Source: Eutreptiella sp. 'Long Island Sound 2002'
Lineage: Eukaryota; Protista; Euglenida
Length of the DNA stretch: 64,000 nt
NCBI GenBank assembly: GCA_964036045.1
Contig: OZ038378.1
Span: forward strand, 188,170,001 to 188,234,000
Direction of reading: 5' to 3'
A model generated the notes under the pieces. It searched no databases, was not told the origin of the DNA, and saw only the letters and a list, made by a program, of their open reading frames with translations. Both the position numbers and the translations under genes were made by a program. Position 1 is the stretch's first letter. Each line of letters opens with the position of its first letter. Positions 11,380 through 23,744 of the stretch are shown piece by piece.

Positions 11380-13884
11380 TCAGAATAATTGCAAATTTCT
11401 GATTTTTGATTTAATTCCGATATCTAAATCTGAATTCTGCCTGCTACTATGTGCAACGGTCACTGAATTCTGTTTGCTGTGCATACTGGGTCAGTCCCGA
11501 AACCCAGGTTCCCCGACTGTATGAAGTTGTGAATATGGGCAGGGGTTGGCTTGATGCAGTAGCACTCCTTGTAACCTCCCCCCGTGCAACTTTTTGAGAC
11601 ATACATGATGATCATGTAAAAATCTTTTTTTTTAGTGCGGAGTTTTTTTTTTTAGCACGGAATCTTTTTTTTTGCACGGAATCTTTTTTTCTAGCGCGGA
11701 ATCGTTTTTTTAGCTCGAAATCTTTTTTTTTATGCTAAAAAAATAAATGCCAAAAAATAAGATTTCGCATCTAAAACAAAAGCTTGGACCCACTTGGTGG
11801 TGCATCATCCACAGCAATTCTCCGTGGGGTGGACCTGCTGAACGCAATAGAACTTCTGCAAATCTCGTACCCATTTCCATTCCAAAAATCACCTCCAAAC
11901 TGTGGCCACTTGTCTGGTGAGCAACTTGTGCATGATATGCTGAATGCTGTGATACTACACACCATGCTTTTCAACACCAGATTCTGCCCACATTCCAGTA
12001 TGCAAAACACAAAAGCTGCAGGCAATCAAACTTCATAATGCTTCCAGTGGTAGCAGCAACGGTGCAGTGATGGTCTTGATCTTAGCCAAGGACTGAACCC
12101 CAAAACATCACTTGACAATGCAACTGCTACAGGATCCGCACATGAGTTTCAGGCTTTCTAAATAAATGCAAAATGCAGGAAAACACAATGAGGAAACAAG
12201 ATACCACAACGCCTAATATGTCGAATCAACCAGAAAAGATGAGGCAAATATGGACTGTTGAGTTTAGAAAAACATTCTGGAAGGAAAACTGTGATGAAAT
12301 GCCCCAACACAACCAAATTGGCTGCCATGACTTTGGAGGGAAGATAGCACTCCAGGGTACTCTAGTCATCAAGGGTCAACCCTGTCGGATGCTACGATTG
12401 TGCTGCAACGCAATGCTGCACGGGCATAACACAGAAGCATGCCAAACGATGGTTGCCTACCCACCTCCCGGAGAACACTGCTGTGACTATTCAAGGACCT
12501 TTACAGGTGAGAGAACTCTGGTATTGGCCTTTATCAAATGGGCATATGGTAACGTGCCAACGGTGACACAACACAACAAATGCATGCAATGGCTTCCATA
12601 TTGGGCTGTGGTGTCGGATTCTACGGCAGGGAAAGCAATGCAATGAAATATCCTGCCAAATGCACCACAAAAACCCTTTGGGAGTGGGGAAACCAAAAAA
12701 TTTGAAGGGCCAAGAAATTTGAAACCCAACTTCCGGTGCCCTGTGACGGCTCCAAACGCAGGGCAGTGGAAGCTCTGGGTGCCAATGGGAAACGAATCAT
12801 TACCCCCCCCCCCCCCCTTGCGCAAGCACCAGCCAGGTCAGGAAAGTGACGGTCAGACCGGGTCCTGGTGCTTAGACAAGGCGGTGCAACCGCGCGACGT
12901 GTTTGGTCTTTTCAATCACCCATGGAGCAAAGAGTTCCTGCATCTCAATATTAATTTTTTTGCTCACCTCATGCTTGTCGCATGCCTGAGACCCAAGCAG
13001 AATATTGTTATGAGCGTGAGGACTCATCACAAGTATGAAACATCCCCTCTTTCCCTCTACAATCGGCACACAATCACACTTTGCCTACTTTCTGACCGTA
13101 AAAGCCGTGGTCAGAAAATTCTTTGGTAAAAGTGACGGTCGGACCGGGTCTTGGTGCTTAGACAAGGCGGTGCTTGCGCACGGGGGGGGGGGGGGTTATT
13201 TCAGAACGACCACGAAAACAGCACAGAATAGGGGATAACGGACTGGAAAGACGAAAAGTTGTACAGGGTGTGCGGCCGGGGGTATAGGACCTCATTAAAG
13301 TGAGCTAAGCGGAACCTTTTGTGGACCTTCCCTGTTTAGCGGACGGGGCGGGGCGGGGGCGGCGGGGGGGGGGGGGGTTCAGAGCTGGCCGGAAGAAAAT
13401 CTCTGGCGCCGTAGCAAAAGCAGTTACTGGCGATTAGAAAAGCGGCTGGGGGAAAAACCACGCGGTTACAAAACGGTTGAAAACTGGGTGGAGACGGACG
13501 GCAGCGGCGATTGGGTTGGAACGGCTCTTCAGCCCTGAAGGGTGGAGGGACATCACCCCCTTCAAGCACAGGCTGGGTCAGGTTTGTGCTCCCCACAAGG
13601 GTGGAGATGCCAGTCCAGTTGCTATCTGTACAACCCCAGAGATGTACTGCACGTACCTCAAACAAACCCTCCTTTCAGTGACAACCCCAGAGTTCCACTT
13701 AATAGGGAGGGGGGGCTGTCGAGGGGGTTTGGTATGACACCTGGATATCGTGCTGTCTTCAGCTGGCGGGGGTTATTGGCCTCTCGCCACTTACCCATGC
13801 CCGGACAGTCCACATCAGAGTTTTTTTGCTTCAGGGCTGTCCAGAGCACCAGGGGGGGGGGATTTGGGATGGGAAGGGTCCCAG

Positions 13885-13924
<40 letters not shown>

Positions 13925-14640
13925 CGACTTTCCCCCGGCCCAAATTTTGCTCCTTGCCTTCGGCGGCATGTTTTCACGTTGTTGTTGGTGCGGATGGTTA
14001 TCCCCTGCACATGCGGCTATTCCCCGCCCTTTTCTTGTCCGGGCACATTGGTCAGACCGGCCAGTTGAGCCGAAACTGCAGGGCAACTGTTGGGCCAGCC
14101 CAGAAATGCACTCACCCAAAACACCACCAGCCCCCATAATGTGTTGTACCAGGGGGAGGGGGGTTTCTACGCCTTTTTCGAAACAGCCGTTGAGGCAAAA
14201 GGGCAAAGAAGCCCAAAATTTCTGAACCCCTCCCCCCTCGACCCCCTCGACTTCGGTAGGTTGGCACAAGGAAGGGAGAAAAGGGCGCTGTACGCCTGCA
14301 GGGCGCACTTTCCTGTTCCTTCGCCCAGAGCACCAGATGGGTGGGCCTTCGGTTCGCAGTGACTGGGAGTCCAGGAGGTGGTCGCTCTTGTATGGTATTT
14401 CAGGGCGGGCGCTTGGAAGGGGCACCGATGGAGCACAGCAAGATACCACACTTCCTGAATGCCTGAATGCCTGCCGCCTTCCCACCGAGTCTACTTCCTC
14501 GTGCCCTACACCGAAGTCTGCGGCATCGTACTATTGGGGCTGTGATCCCTGAGAGCTCACGTGCGAACGATGCAAAGGCTCGCGAAGTCCAAAAGGGTTC
14601 TGGCGGTTAGGGCTCTGGTAATTGAAGTAATTATGGTCAG

Positions 14641-14760
14641 TGTGAGGTTAAAGGTGAGGCTGTGAGGTTAAAGGTGAGGCTGTGAGGTTAAAGGTGAGGC
14701 TGTGAGGTTAAAGCTGAGGCTGTGAGGTTAAAGGTGAGGCTGTGAGGTTAAAGGTGAGGC
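14641..14760. repeat. 20-bp tandem repeat x6 (TGTGAGGTTAAAGGTGAGGC)
   Basis: Six copies with a single substitution, 43 bp downstream of the actin stop codon. Confidence 0.98.
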
Positions 14761-14803
14761 TGGTCTGTGCACTGCCGGTGGCCAGGATGCTACTTAGATC
14801 CAA

Positions 14804-14928
14804 CTAGAAACATTTGCGGTGCACAATGCTGGGCCCCATCTCGTCATACTCCTCGCGCTTCACCCAGCGTCCTTGAAACGTTGACAACGACGCCAACACG
14901 GACCCTCCGATCCAGACGCTGTATTTCC
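14804..14928 (-). CDS. ACT: Actin exon 7 ([10 protein letters not shown]...IVHRKCF*)
   Basis: Acceptor tgtttgcAG; stop TAG at 14806-14804. Confidence 0.96.
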
Positions 14929-17900
14929 CTGCAAACAAGAATATAGGAGATGCAGAACACAAATGCAGACAGAGGCTGTGCGTCTCTGCAAACTCACTGC
15001 AGACAACACGGGGATATTTTCACAGAAGCCGGTGCTTCGTGCACAGGCTGTGTGCAGGATCCATATGACGTCCGAACATACCCGGGTCCGTAATTCACTC
15101 ATAGCCCAGGTCTCAGGATCCCGCCCACCGGTGGGCATATATTACTATTATATCTCGCTAACAAGCAACAAGCAAGCGAGCAACACTTCTCCTCTCCGTT
15201 TGTCTATATGATATATCCATCCCATCGCTTCGGGCTCTCCTCTGTCCCAGCATCGTTTGCATTGACTAGTGCACTTTTCCAGAAAAAAACAGGCACCTGG
15301 GCAGAAATAATTAGTTTTGCACACAAAATACGCAACGCACTCCTGGTAGAGAGCAACCGCACAACGAACACAGGGCACAAGATGGCCCCAAGAACAGTTC
15401 GCGCACCATTCCCCCTTCTCCCTCACTCTGCCTCTCATTTGTTGCTCCCCTGCCTTCTCCGTACCTTCCGCGTTCGCTTCGTCCTGCGCCCTGCCTCCTC
15501 CATCGCTCCTTCGGTCTCTCAAATACCTCGAATACCCCAACTCGACACACCCTCCCTCCCTCCCTCCCTCCCTCCCTCCCTCCCACGATCACTCACTCAC
15601 TCACTCTCGTCCTCAACCACCGCCCCTTCTCTCTCCCTCTCTTCATTTCTCTCCCTTCATCCCTCTCTTGTTCCCCCTTCCCGTCTTCTTCCTTTGTACA
15701 TTGAGCAAAATCATTTGATTGGTCCCGCTTTCCCTGCAACGGAATATGCTTGCTGATCACATACTTTCAGGGGGTGCAACCACTTTGACCTTTACTCCGT
15801 TCGGTGCCAAATTGGTGATCTCTTTCGACATGCGTTCTGGCAATCCCTGATACATCTGTGAGAAATGGAAAGTAACTGTGGGCAGTTGGGGAAAGAGCAG
15901 TGACAGCGGCAACTTGGCGGCCATAAACATATCTTCATACCGCCCGACCCACAATTTCGCACCCCAACGGTGGTCAGAAAGAGGCGAGGCCCTTGAAGCA
16001 GACTAAAACCCTGCAGTTTGTGTCACCGGTAGGACAAGTAGTCTCTTCAAATCATATACAGTCACACCAGGTCAAACAAAACCTAACGTGGACTCTTGAG
16101 CCGCTGTTCTCAACCTTTTGGCCTCCTCGTCCTTGAAAGATCCGCTGGGGGAGGGGGGAATGCGGTACCCCAAGCCTGAAAAAATTGCGGTAAATTGCGA
16201 TAAAATTGCGGTAAAATTGCGGTACATTTTTTTTGGTCCCCAGACTCTATGCCAGCCATGAGCAGCAGTGGAGCATAGGACTTTTTGCAAAAAGGTTTTT
16301 TTGACTAATTATGCACCTGATTGGTAGGATATTGAGGCTTTCAGCACATAGCATGCACGTTGCACCAAAGCTTTCATTGTTGATGTGACTCTCCACAAAA
16401 GTCTTCGTTTGATGTGACACTGGCTTTCCAAAGCACATGCACCACAGTCCCTCTCCCGCATCCGTCTGTTTCACCGTAAAGGATTCGTTGGGGTACTGTG
16501 CGGCTCGAGCAGCAGGCGACATCTGTGTGGCATAACGTGCCTTTTGGCCACCCTGTGCTTTGCCACGCTTCACTGGCCTTTTACCCTTGCCGGAATCACG
16601 GCCCCCAGAAGTGGACGACGTTTTGGGAACACAAAACAGAAAAGCGTCCTGCCACACAAATGAAAATTTTGACTGAAAAATTGTGGTAAAATTGCAGTAA
16701 ATTGCGATAAATTGCGGACCTCAATCCCCCCCCCCAGGGTCCCGAGGGCCTCTCGAGGCCTTTCCCTGTAAGACCATACGTCTGTTCCGGGGCCTCAGCC
16801 AGTCAGATTTGGTGTGCCAGCACCCAAACTATCATGTCTCTGGCAAAGGCACCTACATTCTGTTCACAACATGCGCTGAAGGGTCGCAGTCGCAGCAAAC
16901 AGTCTGTTGACCAAATTGAGTGGTCATGAGGGAGACAGAGAAACGTTTGCTTCACGATCACGATACACCCCCTTGCCCCCCCCCCCCCCCCTCCGAATAT
17001 CTCGGTTTGTCGCCAATATTCACAATATGAATTGCGGACAACTTGAACAACGTGCCGTTGAATTCTTGGCCATTCCACTTGTGCATTTCATGGACGTCTC
17101 ATTCGAGTTTCGCAGGGCAGAAAGCCGAACAGAAATCACGGTGTGGCCTACGGTCGGGAAACTGGTCACTCACAGGCATCATGCACCCGCGGCCAAAACG
17201 CACCACCGCCTCATTGAGACACTGAGTGAGAATACCGTTGAGCCGCCGGACAAAACGATGTTGGAATACAGATCCCGACGGACGTCGATATCGCAGCCGT
17301 TGATGCAATTGAACACCGTTGTGTGCACTCCGGGGCACTCCATGCCCAACAGCTGCGGCTTGAATAGGGCCTCCGGGCACCGGAATCGCTCTGACGCGAT
17401 TTGGACAATGTTCCCATCGGGCAGCATGTAATCCTTCTCAAGCAGTGAGGAGGTGCTCGCAAGCGATGTCTCCTCCTCGAAATCCAGGGCAACGTAACAC
17501 TGCATGCAGATGGAATTGGGCGCATTTGAAGCGGTAGAATGAGACCTGCCGGGTCGTCGCTGCGGCTTCATGCGCTGATATGGAGCCCCACGCCCTTGGT
17601 CCAGGCAGACACCTTTGGCCTGCCCGATCTCCCGGCAGCCCCCCTCTGCCCCAACCCCTCTGCGATGCATGCCAAGTGTCCCTCCTCCGTTGGACTCAAC
17701 GGGAATCCTGGTCTGCGTTTCATGCGACATGTGTCGCTCAGCGGACGGACGGTGGTATTGCAATGGCCAGGCTCAGGCGTCCTGTCCATGACTCTTATGC
17801 GAGCCCTCGCAGCTGCATCCCCAGGTCCTCTTGAAGGAGGGCGCTCAGCAGTGGTAAACGGGCCCGGTTTACTTCGGCGCCAGAATTCTTGAAATCCAGA

Positions 17901-20900
17901 CATACGAAAGGGGTCTGCTCTCGGTGATGAGTGAAAAGACTAGGGCCTCCCCAAGCCAGTATGAGGACGAAAGCATGGCTCGGACCAGAAACAGTCGTCT
18001 CTTGAATAACCGCCCAAATCACGCGTGCATTGCTCAGTAGGATCCAGCTCAGTATCATCACGTCTACGGTGGCAAAAACCGCGTGGCTTGCAGCGTGGCC
18101 GGAGGTAGGGGGCTGATCTGGCGGATCCATCCACCCAGGCCAAATCACCCACCCTCTCAAAACCGGAAAATTTCCTCTCGGGAAAATTGAAGTTTGAAAT
18201 AGAGAGCCAAATATGAGAGGCCCATTTTAGGGACACAAAATTTTTTGTGCCCTCATACCCACCAACCCCCCCACCCCCTTTAGGCCACACACTGAGTAAA
18301 ACCCTCATCCACGTGCTGTAGGGCTGTAAGGACAGGAGGGTGTGTGGGAGATGTTCCTACTTCTTACCGAGGGCCAAAATATGTTCCTTGAAACTGCTTT
18401 GAGGATTGGAACTGCATGTGAAAAGGGGGACCAATCTCCTCGATCACTTGATTGAGGTGACAGGGAGTGCGCAGTCGACCAGAGGATGCGGCGTGTACTC
18501 GGGGTCTAAGCCAGGGTTGCACACCATTTGCTCCTTAATATCACGTACAATCTCGCGCTCGGCACTGTTGTGCAAGTTCAATCCACGCTCCGTCAACAAC
18601 TTGCCCAAATACCCGGTCAGATCGCGGCCAGCCAGGTCCATGCGATGGATGGCGTGCGGCAAGGAGAACCCCTCGTAAACGGGGACGCAGTGGCTGACCC
18701 CGTCTCCAGAGTCCATCACCACTCCGGTAGTGCGGCCCGCCGAATACAAGGACAGCACCGCCTGAATGCTCACGTAAAGCGCTGCAAAGAAGGAAGAAGG
18801 GAGGTAGGGGCAAGCACGTGAACCCTGCTATGCGCCAGGGCGTGCATGGAGTCTGCAGCTTCCGAACCACTTCAACAACTGCAACACAGGACTGTGAAGA
18901 CATCGGAAGTTGCCCAACCCAAACAGATGAGGGGTTTGGACCCCCGTTTTCAGCACCCCCCCCACCCCACCCGGGCTCAAACAGGCACTTCACTTCACTT
19001 TTCTTGTGGAGGTTTCTTTCAAAATCCTGAGAGCCTGCCACGCATCTTTTTTTGGGGCCGCGGGGGAGTAGATGGGAGGGGGGTTTGAGACCCAAGGGTT
19101 TGTGTACCTCACCTCATGACCCGGAAAAAACAAATGTTGACATTGCGTTTGATGAGAATATTTGTCGGACCACCCGTTTTGGGGGCTGGGGAGGCCCATG
19201 AGAAGATTTTCGTTCCATAGCATCCCTTGGTGTGTGTGTGTGTGCGCGCGCGCGCGTGTGTGTGTGTGTGTGTGTATGTGCCTCAAGGAGACCGTGGAAT
19301 TGGAGTCGCAGGCGAGACCAATGCTGTTGCGCAGTAAGACCACCATGTTTCCTTCGGGCTCAGAGGCTAGTGCAGAAGGACACGAGTGTCCGGGGCAGCG
19401 GGAGGAGATCCGTGAACGAGCGCGGCCCTGGGCTGAAGACTGGTATTTTGGTTCTGACAACGTGTTACTTGCAAGGGAGGGCAACGAAAGCACTGAACGA
19501 AAACAAAAGATACATGATGGATGCTTGTTCAGGGGTTTGGAAAGTTGTGAGTAGACGACATGTTGTGCAGGGGGTAAAAGACCGCCAAATATGCGCGGTC
19601 TCGGCACCCGCAACGTTCGGTCCGCTGACCGACGTCCAGGGGATCGTGGGCGAGGTACCAGTTGAACTGGCGGTCGGTGACGAACTTAAAGTGGATTTCC
19701 GTTTGGAATTCGTAATGTTGCGATCCCCAAATTGGGGACTTGGTCGGCGATGGTTAGCATCCTCCGAAATCACGCCAGCACTCCGGTACTCAGTACCACA
19801 TCATCTGCAGTCTTTCGCAGGCTCGATTACACGACCGAAGGTTGCAGTGATAATCTTGGATGAAGAGGGGGGAGAGGTTACAAGCTGTTTGTAACCCCCA
19901 CCCCCCCGCACTTGTGAATAGCAGGACACTGTCCCACTGTCAGCTGATAAAATTTTTTTCCCAGCTGTTATGGGTAAGTAGCCAAGCAGGCTGCCCACCT
20001 CTCACAGTTTTTTGAACCTGCCCCGTTCACCCCCAACCCTGGGTTGGCAACCAAACCACGAGGATTCCCTCCTCAAAAGGTGAACACGTACGTACACCCG
20101 GAAGTGGCAACCGCATCATCGTTCAGCCTTTATGCCCCCACCCCAACCTCACCCCACCCGATCCACCTAACCCACCCACCCACGGGGGTTACCCAAAAGA
20201 AGACGAGTCCGGAATAGTCCTACCCCAGAAGCACCCGTTCACAAAAGTGCACAATTGCTCTTGGAATCCGCCTGCTGATGTGCACCCCATTTGCCCCCCA
20301 TGCCCCTCAAGAGCATTTCTGCCAGAATTGTTATTTTGCATTGGCAACAAAAAGCAGCCTGCCAATAGTGAAGCACAAAGTGTTGCCAAATAGACTGGGT
20401 GCACTGGACCTGGAGCCCATTCCGGCCAACAGCATAAACTAAACGCTTGGTTCTTGCGCTTGATGCCTTGTGGATTACCCGCTTCTCAAGTTCATGAGTT
20501 ATTTTATTTTAATGATCGTGGCACACGCACAAGTCAATTATCAATTGTCACAATCAAGATTTCTTAAGGCGGGCGATACGTGTGCTTTTGCGCTCGCCCC
20601 CCCCCGCCAGTGCCTAGCAAGGTTCCCCACCCACCCGAGGGAGGGGGTCTGAGAATAGCACATTCTGGTCAAGGGCCGCGACCAACAGGGGAAGGGCGGG
20701 CACTCACCCGGCACGTTGAAAGTCTCGAACATAATTTGTGTCATTTTCTCTCGGTTTCCCTTCGGATTCATGGGCGCCTCGGTGAGCATGATCGCATGGT
20801 CTTCGGGTGCGACTCTCAGCTCGTTGAAAAAAGTGTGGTGCCAAATCTTCTCCATGTCATCCCAGTTCGTGATCACCCCGTGGGCAATAGGATACTGGAA

Positions 20901-21687
20901 GATGGCGAACAGAACAGATGGATAGCAAAATAAGACGAATGCCATTGAGGGGTGCCACCAACTTTCCTACTTTCCACTAGAAACACGGAGGCAAATGGCG
21001 TCCGACCAGTTGACCCTCTTCCCTCCACCTTCGCGTCGGGCGCAAGACCTGCGTTTCACCTGAAGCACAGTGGCCGTTGCCCAGGGTGCGGCAGCTATCT
21101 GCAGGCTCCACTCCCGGCAAAGCCGTCTGCTTTTACCCCCCCCCCGGGGAAGCTTTCGGTATTTCCTAATCTGCTGCGTCATATGTACAACTCACTGCCC
21201 CTGTCGCCCCACCCTTCCCATGCAACTCCTTATTTTCACCAAGTTCCAGAGCGTCCACCAATCATCTACCACCTGCCTTCCGCTTTGTCGTTGGATTGAA
21301 GCCACAGTTTTCCTGAAGGACATTTGATAACGGTATACCTTTATATGGAGGATTCCCCTCTTTGCGGCCGCATCGTCGCCGATGTAGCAATCCTTCTTCG
21401 CAGTTCCCATCATCACATTTTCTGTTCTGGGTGTCCCCGTGATTGAAGGGAACACTGTTCTTGGGGCTAAGAGGATAGAGTTGCAGCGTGTAGCCCTGAA
21501 CCCCCAGTGGCTGTAGCCCTTCGCAGCATTTTATCGTGTCGCTTCTTTACCCGCAAAATAGTCACTGGAGGCGCAACGGCACAGCAGGGACAGGTGGACC
21601 TTCATCTCCGGCAAATCCCGCTTTCACCATGCCAGACCCGTTGTCGAAAACCACAGAGTGTTCCATTGGATCCAAGCTGTAATCCAT
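14804..21687 (-). CDS. ACT: Actin (divergent, euglenozoan-type), 7 coding exons, 379 aa
   Basis: Exons 21687-21600, 21466-21339, 20894-20708, 18781-18525, 17499-17236, 15855-15765 and 14928-14804 total 1140 nt and join in frame through six GT-AG introns. The product carries the actin motifs [87 protein letters not shown] and C-terminal IVHRKCF-TAG. Confidence 0.97.
15765..15855 (-). CDS. ACT: Actin exon 6 (MYQGLPER...VAPPE)
   Basis: Acceptor ttctcacAG, donor GTATGT, phase 0 to 1. Confidence 0.96.
17236..17499 (-). CDS. ACT: Actin exon 5 (CYVALDF...VLSGGST)
   Basis: Acceptor catgcAG, donor GTATTC, phase 0 to 0. Confidence 0.96.
18525..18781 (-). CDS. ACT: Actin exon 4 (ALYVSIQA...DIKEQM)
   Basis: Acceptor cttctttgcAG, donor GTGTGC, phase 1 to 0. 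Confidence 0.96.
20708..20894 (-). CDS. ACT: Actin exon 3 (YPIAHG...FETFNVP)
   Basis: Acceptor cttccAG, donor GTGAGT, phase 0 to 1. Confidence 0.96.
21339..21466 (-). CDS. ACT: Actin exon 2 (APRTVFPSI...KRGILHIK)
   Basis: Acceptor ctcttAG, donor GTATAC, phase 1 to 0. Confidence 0.95.
21600..21687 (-). CDS. ACT: Actin exon 1 ([29 protein letters not shown])
   Basis: ATG at 21687; donor G|GTCCAC at 21599 (phase 1). The start codon could alternatively be the second Met (M8). Confidence 0.9.
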
Positions 21688-21845
21688 TGCTGTGAAGCTT
21701 GATACACAAACAAAGAGGATGCCATGAAAAGTCGGCGACAAGACGACAGTGTTGAATATGAATGAACAATAAGGACATACTTTGGTATTGATTTTTGTTC
21801 CAACTGTTGTAGTGTGATGTTGTTGTATGGGTGCCTGCATTTGGA

Positions 21846-21899
21846 GATCTGATCTGATCTGATCCATCTGATCTGATCTGATCTGATCTGATTTGATCT
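21846..21899. repeat. (GATCT)~10 microsatellite upstream of actin
   Basis: Read directly; about 160 bp 5' of the ATG. Confidence 0.95.
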
Positions 21900-23744
21900 C
21901 AGCCGCGAATGCCATCCAGAACAGTCGCAGCCACCCGCTCCCGGCACCGGGACCTAAAACTACCCCAACGGGCCACGGCAAGTTAAATCAGGGCTGGCGA
22001 GTTGTGGTCTGCAACCCTGATTCAGTGACTTAACACCTTGTCAGCAGAAATTGCCGAATCTGAGAGGTGGAATGCACACAAGAAGGGCCAAAGATGAATA
22101 GTACACTTACCAAGTGAATTCGACTTCAGCTGCAATGTAGTGTTCATAAGAGGGCGTCGGATTGATGCTGGATTTTTTTCCATCATTTCCGGTGGTCTAG
22201 GTGCTATGGCACATGGTCTGTGAGTATCGGCTTTCGTTCGAACGAGACTAACTATTGTCGGTACGCAAATACTTTGCTTTAGATTGCATGTCGCACGGGT
22301 ACGGGGTCATGGTCATAGCAAAAGAGGAAACAGGAAGGAATAGGGGTGTGTCAAACCCAACCCTTGTGGCAACAAACGTGTGGCAAAGCAATAGAAAAAT
22401 GGAACCCCCCCCCAAAGATAGACCCGAGGGTTCTTCACGGCTAAAAAACAATGCATTTCGGGAAATGTGGCACCACGCCTGCTGGGTGTTGAGTTTTGAC
22501 CTCCAACTTTGGGGCAAAAGGACCCACGGTCATAGGCGACGTTTTGGTCCTAATGGATTCCCATACGCCCACATACTCGGTTTTATGTTGATTTTGTACC
22601 TTGCGAAGTCCCTAAAAGAATTTATGGAACCATGGTGAACCCTGTTCCCTCTGATAATGGGGTGAATCCTTGGCAATCATGGCAACATTGGAAGTATACC
22701 CCTGCCCGGTAACGTCAGGTACCTCACTTGTGCTGGTGCAAGGCCCATGTAGTGAGTCGGTGCTGCCACTTGTTGCCAATATTGTGTGCTGCTGATCCGT
22801 ACCAGTTCCCTGCTCGCTTAAGGGTCAAGCTCTTGGTGAGTATGCATGTCAACGGCAAAGAGGATCCCCTTTTCACCCTATTAAAACAGTATTCTCCTTT
22901 GTGATCCGTAAGTGGGTTTGTGTTCTATATTGTTCAATTTTCTTATGATCACAACAACCAAATACAAGGGTGAAATGACTCAAGCCATGGTAACCACAGC
23001 AAAGGACGAAATATCCTTGAAGCCTTGACATTGTGAACACACGCCCATCATCTTGCATTGTATAGGCAGCTTGAAGTTGAACCACCATACATGAAAACCC
23101 ATGCGCATGCAAAGCGAATTGCCATTGTGCTAAAGCTTTCAAGATACTTTTCCATCTTGCAAAATCCCATCCCATCCCATCCCATCCCATCCCTTTGCCA
23201 CTTTGGCTGCTTTGGCAACGGTGGGGTACACTTGTCAAGGGGTGTGAGAGATGGCCACCGCACCAAATTAGGTACCTCAAAAAATCGAGTGCAACTCCAA
23301 GCAAGCAAAACAAATGCCTCTCCCCTATCACTCGAAAATTTTCTTTAACCATCCTTTCGAACGTTGTGGCAATGAACGAACATTGCTGGACGCATACATG
23401 GAGTGACCCTTGGTAGCAACTTCCGTGACAATGTCGTGCATGAGCGGCCTCCATGATGATGCATGTCTCAAGAAAGATACGCAACCACAACGTTTCAAAG
23501 GACCCGGCTACCACCACTAGATGCCAATGTAAATTTTGGATTGGAATAAGTGTGCTATTTGATCAATAAATTGGTGTGGTGTAATCAAGCGTTGTTGTTC
23601 AATTTTATCTGTTCATTGGGGTCATATTTCTACGCCGCGATTGCGAAACCTACCGCGCTTTGCGGCCCCAATTAGAAGTGGCAAACATGTTGGGATTTAT
23701 TCGGAGATTGGGAAAACGATACACGAAGTGCAGCAGGGTGAGGG

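Noticed and set aside
9400-11790. One large element bounded by AT-rich inverted ends (9420-9680 and 11600-11790)
   Set aside because: Both blocks contain the aatcttttttttag motif in both orientations and no TSD is visible; they are better explained as two copies of a small AT-rich repeat.
17500-18524. Actin intron 4 as an intermediate (structured) euglenid intron
   Set aside because: TGCA at +4..+7 pairs with TGCA at -9..-6 in the register typical of non-conventional introns, but the pairing is only 4 bp and does not extend, so it is compatible with chance.
22873-23517. hAT transposase remnant (ARWKSILKAL resembling TRWNS)
   Set aside because: A single weak motif; the other hAT motifs are absent or out of order, and the ORF spans a (CCCAT)n microsatellite.
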